A DNA stretch of 64,000 bases. Source: the human T2T-CHM13v2.0 reference genome, Homo sapiens. The notes under the pieces are model-generated. The model was given only the letters and a program-made list of their open reading frames with translations. It had not been told where the DNA came from and did not search any database. The translations under genes were made by a program, and so were the position numbers. The stretch lies in assembly GCF_009914755.1 (NCBI RefSeq), contig NC_060928.1; one strand, given 5' to 3'. Each line of letters starts with the position of its first letter. The first letter of the stretch is position 1. Below, one piece after another: positions 53,227 through 64,000 of the stretch.

Positions 53227-53826
53227 GTTCACAAAAATAATCAAACTGTAAAATATTTGAAGAGGTTTATTCTGAGTCAAAAATGAGTGACCAATGGCCT
53301 TTGACACAGACCATAGGAGATCCTGAGAACACGTCCCCAAGGCAGTCAGGGTACAGCTTAGTTTTATACATTTTAGGGAGACATGAGACATTGATCACTA
53401 CATGTAAGCTATGTTATACATTGGTTTTGTCCAGAAAGGTGGGACAACTGGAAACAGGGGCTTCCAAGTCATAGATAGATTCAACAATTGTCTGATTGCC
53501 AATTGAGTCAAAAAGTTAGGTTATTGTCTAAAGACTTAGGAAAGACTGGGTTAAGATAAGGGGATGTGGACACCAAGGTTCTATCATGCAGGTGAAGCTT
53601 CCATGTAGCAGGCTTTGGAGAAAATAGACTGTAAATGTTTCTTATCAGACTTAAAGAGTCTGTTCTATCAGTAATTCCAACAGGGACGAGAGTATAAAGA
53701 GGCATGTTTAACCCTCTGCTTCCCATCATGGCCTGAACTAGTTTTTCAGGTTAGCTGTGGAATGTTCTTGCTGAGAGGAGTCCGTTCAGATGGTCAGGGG
53801 CCTTACAATTTTAGTTTTGGTTTGCA
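53227..53826 (-). mobile_element. Complete MER4-type LTR
   Basis: Reverse complement starts TGCAAACCAAAACTAAAATTGTAAGGCCCCTGACCATCTGAACGG and ends ...CAAATATTTTACAGTTTGATTATTTTTGTGAACA. Confidence 0.8.
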
Positions 53827-54082
53827 CCTGTAGGTATTAACACACTCAAGGTTGTTTTACAGTTCATTTAAGTCCTGTGTTGTTTTCTTAGTTTTTCTCT
53901 ATTATTTTTGACATTTTTATTCCTATATTTTCAATTTTCTTCCTTACAATTTTAGTTTTGGTTTATATCTGTAGGTATTAACACACTCAAGGTTGTTTTA
54001 CAGTTCATTGAAATCCTGTGCTGTGTTTTTAGTTTTTCTCTATTATTTTTGATAGTTTTAGTCTTATATTTTCAATTTTCTT
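53801..54082 (+). repeat. ~141-bp tandem duplication spanning the LTR terminus
   Basis: CCTTACAATTTTAGTTTTGGTTT...TTTTCAATTTTCTT occurs at 53801-53941 and 53942-54082. Confidence 0.9.
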
Positions 54083-56098
54083 AACTTTTTTCTTTATTAT
54101 CTGGCATGCTGTTAATTATGTACTTTTTATGTCAGATATTGTATTTTTAAATATACTCATGCTCCCTCTAGTTTAACATAGACAATATAGTTACAACACA
54201 TATTTGTATTATTGTTTACTAATTCTATCATTTGTATCACTTCTAGGACTATTTGTATTGATTGATTATTTTTCTTCACTGCAAGTCATGTTTTCTTTCT
54301 TTGTTACATGCCTGGTAATTCTTTATTGGCTGACAGACCTTGTGATTAGCTTGTTTGAGCCCTGAATTTTTTTATTCATTTAAATATCATTGAGCTATGT
54401 TCTAGGTCATAGTAAAGTTGCTTTTAAACAATTTTCACTTTAGACTTGCTTTAAAGCTTTACTAGGAAATGCAGAACAGAAAATTCATTCATTTATAGGT
54501 AAACTTAACACATTACTCAAGCAATACCTTTCTAAGTATTCTAACCATGCCATGTATACTACAAGGTATTTCCACTCTGGCTGATGGTAACATGATCTAT
54601 TCCCAGTCCTGTTTGTGCTCCAGGCATTATACCATCTGCTTCTTTCTGATGTTCTTTCCCCAGCCTCATAGAGTTTTCTTGCATTCATTCCTGCTAATCA
54701 AAACTCAGCAGATAATTAAAGATAACCCTCTTTAGATCTCCAGAATTCCTTCCCTGTGCAATTCCTTCCTATCTTTGAAATCTTTTCCTCTTCAGTATTA
54801 GGTATTAATTTTAGAGGCTTCCATCCATTAATCTCAACTATATCTCTTCAATTAAGGGAATTGCTTATTCTATTTAAACGCTTCCTTTCTCTGTTGCAAT
54901 TTGTACATTTTTTCCTCATAATAAGGTGAGATAATTATTATAGGGCTCATCTCACTCTTTTCCCTTCTCTTGGGAATCACCATCCTGCATTTCTTATTGT
55001 ATAAGACAGGAAAATTTTTATATCATTTATTTTGTTATTTGTCTAGTTACTGAAAACAGGAGTTAAGGTAAATGCAGTCCCTGATACGCAATTCTGGCCA
55101 AAAACTGAATTCCAGAGTAAAAGTGTTTTGAGGTTTTCACAAGGCCCTAAAAGTCCTGCGTTATTTGGCTCCTTTTGTTTCTCTGACCTCAGGTTAACCA
55201 GATTTACTCAACCCCAGCCACACTCTTCTATTTGTTATTTTTAAACATGCCACGCATGATCCTATTTTAAGGCCTGCACTAGGTTGCTCTTCTCCCAGCA
55301 TTCTTCCTGGTTTATACATTTACTTCTTTACATTTTTACTCTTTTGCTCAGGGAGGATTTCCTAGCTATGCTATCTAATATTGAAAACCCCTTCCCTAAC
55401 AAAACTTCTTATTTCTTTTTCCAATTCCGTTTTCCCCTTAGTATTTATCACTATCAAACCAACTATAGATTACTTAATTATCATGTTTATTAGTCTCCCT
55501 TTCAGTTAAACCATAAACTCCATAAAGCATGGAACTTTTCTTTTTTCATGACTCTATTTTATGTGTTCAAAAGAGTTCATGGCATATAGTAGGTTCTCAG
55601 TAAATCTTTGTTCAGTCAAATATAGTTATATATTAGCACCTATCTACATATAAATTTTTATATTTTCTTTTAATTAAATGTAAAAAACCATACACCAACT
55701 GTATAAGGAATTGTGTTTGTATGAGAATCACAGGATATTTTCACAGCTTTGTCCAATTTTAAGCTGATGTTTTAAAACAGAAATTTATCAGGCATTTCCA
55801 ATGAGAATTTGAGAGACGGAAATTCTTGCTCACACAAAATGAGGAGTCACAAAGACACAAGAATTCATGTTGTGCTCAGGAAAGGGTCTGAATGAGGTAT
55901 AAAGAGTAACAAGAAATGGGGCACAAATATTAGCTATGGGAAATTTGATAACAGGAGACAAGGAAATAAAAAAATACTTATCTTAAATCAAAAAACTATT
56001 TCATGAATGAGGCTACATACAAAATACAGCCAATTATTAAGTATTATAACATCCTCATTTCCTGTTATCATGTTCTAAATCAAACTGTCCTAAAGCAC

Positions 56099-56227
56099 TC
56101 CTTGGAATTTGTGGAACAAAAATCAAGAAAAAAATTTCTAACCATTCTGACTTCTCAGAATTCAAGTGCCTTTTTAGATATTTTAAAGCACAGAATTACC
56201 CTATTATGGAGGAACAAGGTTTAAATA
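56099..56227 (+). promoter_or_regulatory. CSN1S2AP: Casein-type promoter: GAS/STAT5 site TTCTCAGAA (56152-56160), near-GAS TCCTTGGAA (56099-56107), TATA-like TTTAAATA (56220-56227)
   Basis: TTCNNNGAA in the ACTTCT..GAATT context about 95 bp upstream of exon 1, as in casein promoters. Confidence 0.8.
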
Positions 56228-56249
56228 GTATTAAAATAACCCACTGCAG

Positions 56250-59200
56250 ATTTTCCACTGTGTAGTCCACTGGTCTTCTATTTGGGAAACAAGGTAATAT
56301 CTTCATATATTATTTTTCTTGTATTAGGTGCTAATAAAAAATATTTTAAAGCTTATTACTCTTCTGTACAATAAAAATGCAATTATTTTTAAAGGTGTCA
56401 ATATCAACACACCATAAATTGCTTAAGAAATATTTTTATTTATGACAAACTTCTTTGTTATTTTATTTTTTAATAATACAATTAATATGTTATGCTTATT
56501 ATGACACAGTCTTATAGGTACTGAGGTTATTTTCTGAAGTCATGACCAAGATAATCAGTTTGTATATGGCCTCTCGACCACTTTCTCCGTCTGGAAATGG
56601 GAGGCAAAAATTCTGACATTACATAGTTATTCTGAAGATTACAGATAACAGTAAAATGTCTAGCACAATATTTGCCATAGTTGTTGCTTAGTAGTTACAG
56701 CTATTTTTAATTTCCTTTCCCAAAATATTAAGAATATGTCTAATTAAGAACTAACAGTTTCCATGTTTTAATTCTTTCATCTATGTAAAATGCTATTTAT
56801 AGGTAAAATTGATATAAACACAGCCATATAAAATATATTACTTCAGGTATTTATTATAAAGATAACGAAATATGCCTTACAATTGTGAACAAAGCTTTGC
56901 CTATATGAAATATGCTCTATACATATTTATTATTTGCATCTTAGAAGAATAAATAATTATTTCATCAACTATATGGTATTATTAATGATTATTTCATCAA
57001 CTACATGGTATTATTATTCACTTCAAGGGTGAGATATTTTATACTATATAATGGAGAAATCTTTCAAAAATTATGCAATAAAATATGAAGGTGTAATTTG
57101 ATGCCTGTATAGACACACCCTCTGTATTCACAAAGGTGTGGATCATAAGCCCATTTTGTTATCATTGGGTAAGCTTTAAATTATCCTTTAAAAATAAATT
57201 GTAAATATGTACACTATAAAGAGTTACATATATCAAAAATATTTTAGAATAACTTTAATTTTTACTTATTCATTTAAACATAAGGAAGAGAAATTTAGTG
57301 ACACGTATTCAGAAAACCTTGTGGATTTGTTTATATCAATAATATGAGACATCAGTCTAGCTGGAAGGGATCTTAGAGATCGTGTAGTCAACTCACATTT
57401 ATTAAATGTGTTAAATAAGGTATGGTGATGTTCACTGGCTTACTGAAGCTTTAGTGGCCAGTCCAGGGTTAAACGGGGACCTGCAGGATTCTTTATTCCC
57501 AATCCAGTGTTAATTCTATCTGCTATTTCCTATTAGGGAGCCAGGCTGCATGTTTTGACTCCTTGAAATCTGATTTTAAAAGGAGTTCCTGTTGTATTTT
57601 GTTTTTCTGATAATCATTCGTCACAAAATGCCTGTCATTGGAGATTAGCCCCAAGAACCAATGATATTTGAATGAATCTTCCACATTTTAACAAATATGC
57701 CTTTAAATTAGTCCTGTTGAAAAAAAAGTCTCTTTCAAAATAAACTATTATATTCATATTCATATTTATGAGCTTCTCAAAAGCAAATGCTTTCAATCTT
57801 CATTATCTTTTCTCAATCATCTGGTATAAAAATAATAATAGGTAAATAAATAAAAGAATGTATAAGTTTTGGAACTATAAATTATGTGATTAATTTTCTG
57901 TACATGTTTTTACAGGACCAAACAACCATGAAGTTCTTCATCTTTACCTGCCTTTTGGCTGTTGCTCTGGCACATCATGTAAACATACTGGGACATATAG
58001 TGATATCAATTCTTATTTAAGTGTATAAGAAAAATGAACTTTTTACTATATGCAGAAGATTCAGGCATTAACAGTAATAAACAGAGACTAAATATGTGAC
58101 CTTTTAGTCTGTGATCAATGACATTATTGACTCTACCTTAAACAGAGTGTTCAGGCAAATAGTCTTTCTACAAAGTGACTTCACTTTAGTATTGGATAGG
58201 CTGTATGTATAGGGAAAAAAGGCAGGAATTTTCCTCCGTAATATGTTGGAATATATGTTGAAATTTTCTGGAGGGATTATTTCCACTCTGCCACATGTTT
58301 CTAGAAGTGTAAGAAAGCCTCACCACTATAATTGCGGATTCCAAAGGTAGCTATCAATGGAGTAACAGAATTTCAGCATTCTTGATAAAAGTAATTAAGA
58401 AGCCATGATGATCAAATATACACAAGGACATGTTACAGAGGATGGAGTTAGTAGCTCTAGATTTTCAGTGGCAACTTTGTAAATTATTTGCCAAATAACC
58501 CAGTGAGGATACAATAATGATATTCATGTCACAAAACTGTAAGTATGTAATAGACAATACATATAAAACTGCCTTGCATACATGGATATAGATACATATA
58601 TATACATACATATATACATTTTGTACTACCTATAATTTTAATCTTCTAACATTATTAGCACCCTCATTCACAGGAAAAAAAAACTCACATACCCACCTCC
58701 TTCCCACTCCAACATGTCACTCTTCCCATAAAGTCATCTTTTACTTTTATAGTGCTCAGTGTACTCTTTTATAATGCACATCCCCATATGTAAGAGATAT
58801 ATACATGCAGGCATTTGTGCCTTCTTAAATTTGTAGCCAACTGAGTAAATCTAAAGTGAGAATTTCATTTTTAATATGAACAGGTTGGTTTAAAAAGTAA
58901 AAAAAAAAACAATGCTTTAGTAATCAATAATACACAGGATCAATAATTTCTTCTATCTTATGCTCTACTGGTGGTTACTAGATGTAACCACTCTCCTTCA
59001 CTTTTAAAAATTAAATAATTGGCCTCAATTGTTCCATTTAATAGACAAGGACTCTCAGCTAAAAATCAAGGGACATTTGTTTCAGAGTTTTCCGGGGAAA
59101 TTCAGAGTAATGTTTTCATTATTTATTGACAATATTAGAAACAGAGGTAATTTGTTAAAGGAGGCCTCATTTCATTAAATTTCCCCAAGAAGCAGTGTTA

Positions 59201-62200
59201 CAATATTTTATTCCCATTAAATAGTAGAGACAAAGATTCACATTGGTATTTTAAATTAAATTTGTGTTTGTTTTTTGTGACTTATATAGGAGATAAAGCA
59301 CTCCTCCTCTTCCAGTGAGGTAAGGTACTTTATTATAAAAACACTTCTTGGCACCTGATAATACAAATGTCCTGGGTTAGTTCCATTTTTGTGATCAGTA
59401 ACAGCAGAGTTACAGAATCATGGAAAATTTGAAGTGCAATTATTGCTTGAACGTATGGGGAGAATAAACTAAAATGCATGCATCCAAATGTGACAAGATT
59501 AGATTTGTGCACTTTTCCACTTGATTCTTTGGTAGTTATCCAATAACGGTGATATTAGTATGGAAGTAATGGTGTCCTTTACATATTATTATGGAGTCCA
59601 TTACATATTATTATGGAGAAAGGGGCTCAGGTACACCTACATCTATATTAAGTGCTCATTTCTAAATGTCTTCTTGCTCATGGCTACATACAAGGTGTCC
59701 AAAGCTCTTTAAGGTTGGCCAAATAATTGCCATGTTATGCTACTATATATTTCACTTAGAAATCAAAGAGAGAAAAAGACAAAGAAAAAAAAACTGTGCA
59801 GAAGACAAATAAAATTATTCCTTTGCTGTTTGCTGTTAGCATTTGCAAAAATATTGTATCTGGCTTATCCCACAAGTATATTAAGAGTTCAGATCAAGTT
59901 ATTTAACTAGAATATAATAATAAGTTAATTAAGGAGAGTAAAATTTTTGGTCAGATTCACTCTGTAATTCAGGAAAAGACCAAGTATTTTATCTTGAGCT
60001 ACTGTATAATGAGTATGAATTGATGCTAATTTGGGTAGTATGAATAAAATATTTCACAAGTAATCAAATGTATTATTAATTTATTTTTCTAAGTAATCTG
60101 CCAGCATCTACCAAGAAGTAAGTCATAACTTCTTACATTAAATGTTTTTAAATAATTTGTCATTTTTATATAGCTATAAAATGAATATTATTTATTTTTT
60201 CCAGAAGTTTAAGCTTAACAATAATATGGTCTTCCAAACCAGTCAGGTAAAATTCATCTGTTAATGTTGTGTTTGATTAATGAGGTGTATTTTTATCAAT
60301 TATAAATTATTTTCCATGTGAGTATTATTTTTTCATCTCCAAGTGTAAAGTGAGTGATGTTTGTATTGTCTTAACTGCTATGAAATTATGTGAAAGGATC
60401 ACGTGAAAACATATTTGTGGCCCATTTGTGAACCAAGTTTTCAAAGCGTCATCTCTTTGAATGGAGTTATTTATGATCAATCATCTACTCTTCACCTCAC
60501 TAATTCTTGACTTTTTGGATGACCATTTAATGTATTTTACTTTATGCTAAAAAATCTATATAAGAATTATGGAAAATTATGTTTCTCTTGAATCAGGATT
60601 TGAATCAATTCCAATTTCATTTTTGGAAGGACATTTGCTCCAAATTCTAGCAAGTATAAGACCTTGATTTCAAATCTGATCTTGAGTAAAGTTGAAATTA
60701 GCACATATAAAAAGTATACTTGTTGTAAGAGAAATTTGAAAAACAGGACAAAAGCATGCACTTGTCCTAATTCAATGAATAATTCAACTGAAGAATATTA
60801 ATTTGTGCAAGAATCAATGAATCCACTAAACACTTCCACAGTTATTTCCAACAAAGAATAGAGACCTAGTAATTTTGTGATTTTTAATTCCTTCAGCTAA
60901 TTTTTAATATTTATCTCAAAATTTTGTCTTTTAAAATTAAATACATTTATTTTTAATGAAAACTTTTATAATCTATCTGCAAATCACAGGTTTAAGTCCT
61001 AATTATGTATTTCAAATATACATTAAAATGTTTACAGTTATTTAAAGTTAAAAATAATTATCCAGCTGCAGACTAAATTAATTTTGTGTATTCACTTATT
61101 CATTTAACAAATATTATTGAGGAAGAACTGTATCCCAAACAATATTCTAGGCTCTGAAATACCACAGCAAATAAATACAACAAACAAATTCCCTCCCTCA
61201 TGGGGCTTACATTTGAATTTACTACTGTTGGCACGTTTATTATGAAATGAACAATTTTGATATAATTCTTTCAAATCCCTAAAATGAAAATGAATGCTTC
61301 TCTCTGTGGTAGGTGGGTTTTTTCTTTACATTCAGTAGAATATACCTTATAAGCAATGCTACAGGAATAATATGTCTAATTCTTTTTTAACTAGGAAACT
61401 GCAAATAAAATAGATACGATGGTGAGATATTTTTATTCATCTGAACTATATTTGATTGACAATATGTATACCTAATATTAAATATTAATAATAGTCTGTA
61501 ACATATCTGGAATATTCCTCTTTTAATAATCCAGAAATTATTTTTAAAAATTTTTTTAAATTATAACTTCATCCTGCATCCATTCTTTTTATTCTCTTAA
61601 ATTTGCCCTTATTCTCATAATGGAGATACTTCCATTTAAATAACAGATTATGTGAATCCCTCCCATTTGTTTTGCAAAGATGATTCATAATAAGAACCTA
61701 TGAAACCTGATTATATTGTTTTTATTTCAATCCTTCTTTTGATGTTTAGTACAATGATGAAGTAGGTAATTAATGTGGAACATATCTAAAGTAACTACTG
61801 CTATTCAAGGATTCAATTTATTCCTATCACCAAATTATTTTATTTTTATTTTCATTTCAACTTATCAGCAATCTTCTAGCAGTTTATCCAGTGGGGTAAG
61901 ATACTGTTTCTTTTAAAATCAAAGAAATAGCAGCTTTCTAGTAGTAGTATACAATAGTTTGATAATTTACATCTAAACACTCAAAGGGAGAAGTGGAAAA
62001 ATCACATACATGACTCAAAATCATTTTGAGTGGCTGAAATTGACTATATTGAGAATTATTATTTATTCTGCCCTATTCTCTCTGCAAATGTATACATGAC
62101 TCAATAGGAAATTGCATTTTTGTGCCAATCAAGAGCTTGCCAATTTCCTTCAGCATCATTTCTCTTTGGAAACCCTCTCAATATTGTTTAGCACAGCAGC

Positions 62201-63132
62201 TCTCAAATGGTAGCCCCCAGATAAGTAGCACCACAGCACCTGGAAAACAGTGAGAAATACAAAATCATAGTCCTCACAGCTGACTTACTAAATCAAAAAC
62301 TCTGGTTTGGAGCTAAGCAATCTGTATTTTAGCAGGGCCTCTAGGTGATACTGATACACATAATACTTTGAGAACCACTTTTAAAAAGATTGAATGAAGA
62401 TTTGGGTTAGGAATTGTGTAAGTCACCAACCCATGAAACATTCTGTGGTGGCGAGCCAGGTTGTAAGAGTGCCCTAGAATAGCAGGCAGTGTCATCGTGG
62501 ATTATTGTCCAGTGTCCCATGACCTTGGACAAAGCCTAAGTTCTTTATAATCAGTGCCTTAGGAAGCTCACCTTAGTCTTTCCTTAATTTTAAGTGTTGA
62601 TCTCAATCTGAGAGCCTTGAGCCATGTCTGTCATTTCAACAAAAAGCATGTAGGGTTTAGTTTATTACACCCTCACCAGGTCTATTTTGCATATTTTTGG
62701 TCACCTGCCTGTACTCTGTAGTCATACGAAATTGCCTGAAAAATGTTAAATTAATAAAGCATTCAAAATAAAACACATTTTAGTCCTTTTATTATGTTGA
62801 CAGAAAAAGTCCTGGTGATAAATAATGTCACATATTTAATTCTTAATAAATGAGAGTATCTTAGTGCTAGTGGGTTGGACCCTGAATAATTACTCATCCC
62901 TAACTTTCTCCTAAAATTATGTAGAGACAATTATCACTATGTCATTCAAGTAAAGCTATTTATCATTTTGCTCCTTTAGGAATCTGCTCAAGTATCCACT
63001 GAAGTAAGTCATTATTTAAATAAAATTAATACCATTAGTAACATTTTTATTTCGTATTTCTCTAATATGTCCTTTGGGTTTCAATAGAACAATGAACTGA
63101 CTAAGGAAGGAAGGATCTACTTAAAGCACATG
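56250..63132 (+). pseudogene. CSN1S2AP: Alpha-s2-casein-like A pseudogene, 5' part (continues beyond the window)
   Basis: Ex1 ~56250-56293. Ex2 57916-57978 (ATG 57928, [17 protein letters not shown], an alpha-s2 signal peptide). 59290-59319 [10 protein letters not shown]; 60094-60117 *SASIYQE (TAA); 60205-60246 [14 protein letters not shown]; 61395-61421 ETANKIDTM; 61869-61895 QSSSSLSSG; 62980-63003 ESAQVSTE; 63088-63132 [15 protein letters not shown]. All AG/GT flanked and phase 0. Confidence 0.92.
62195..62380. mobile_element. MER5A-like DNA transposon relic
   Basis: CAGCAGCTCTCAAATGGTAG...ACTTACTAAATCAAAAACTCTGG...CTAGGTGATACTGATACACA...TTGAGAACCACT. Confidence 0.7.
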
Positions 63133-63404
63133 GTAAGTTTTTCATACAATGTATTATTTCAAGTAAAAGAATATATTTCACAATTATTTCTTCTTCCAAA
63201 TGATCACATCATTTCTTCTCAATGAAATATTTAGCACCACATTGAAATATCTAGCACCACACTTATGATAAAATTACTTTTTCCTGTTGTTGTTACTGTG
63301 ATACATAAATACTATGTTAACAAATATATCTAGAGTTATCTTTTAAGAAAAATGAGCAATCCAACTAAATTTGGAAGAATTACAAACATAATAATAAATT
63401 ATTA

Positions 63405-63533
63405 GGCTGGGCATGGTGGTGCATACCTGTAATCTTAGCACTTTAGGAGGCTGAGGAAGGAGGATTGTTTTAGGCCAGGAATTCAAGACCAGCCTAAGCA
63501 ACATAGCAAGACCTCAACTCTCAAAAAAAAAAA
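63405..63533 (+). mobile_element. Alu monomer (FLAM-like)
   Basis: GGCTGGGCATGGTGGTGCATACCTGTAATCTTAGCACTTT...CAACATAGCAAGACC plus A tail. Confidence 0.88.
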
Positions 63534-64000
63534 GGAATTAAAGTGATCTAATGGAGACATCACCGTAGCTTAACAAACACAAAATTCATCACTCAGCTCT
63601 ATGAAGTAGCAACAGGAATTTATAAGCTTTTAACCACTTTCATTCTAAGCCATAGGAAATCACATAACTCATCCTCTGTGGACTAGAGAAATGTGCAGTG
63701 CAAGGAAAGAGGATAGGCTTCAGGGTCAAGTGATTTCCCTTCCAACTTCAGCTCTCTAAGTTATTATTTAACCTCTGGACCTTACATTTTTCTCGACTGT
63801 AAATGAATTTAGTAATACTAATCCTACAGGTTTTTATGAGGATGATGCTAGATAATATAGGTAAATTATATAATCAATTACTTGAAAAATTTCCAAGATG
63901 TGCCAAAAGTAGCAATTATTATTAAATGTATACACAGACAAAAAATCCATTTTAAATCTTGGTCATGTTAAAACAAGATATCTAAAATAAAACTATTTTA

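Overview
Primate DNA, almost certainly human: the proteins match human histatins and a hominoid SVA is present. It comes from the secretory calcium-binding phosphoprotein (SCPP)/casein cluster. All genes are on the + strand and consist of phase-0 mini-exons that the ORF track misses. They are HTN3 (histatin 3, ~17.26-25.3 kb), HTN1 (histatin 1, ~39.3-47.7 kb) and the 5' part of the alpha-s2-casein-like pseudogene CSN1S2AP (56.25 kb to the window end, premature TAA in exon 4). HTN3 and HTN1 lie in a ~20 kb tandem duplication whose junction can be read directly at ~32,615, inside a MER4-group LTR. Just right of that junction is a decayed third family member with exon 3/4/5/6 homologues (RADVSEE | KYHECKRKFL | [27 protein letters not shown]). 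It has a statherin-like SEE start, a histatin-like basic middle and a Pro/Tyr-rich tail, which is the architecture of bovine histatherin. A second copy of its 3' end survives at ~10-12 kb. The rest is L1, Alu, SVA, LTR, MER5, L2 and MIR, and nearly all ORF-track entries are repeat-derived or spurious. Coordinates were counted by hand; repeat subfamily names are approximate.
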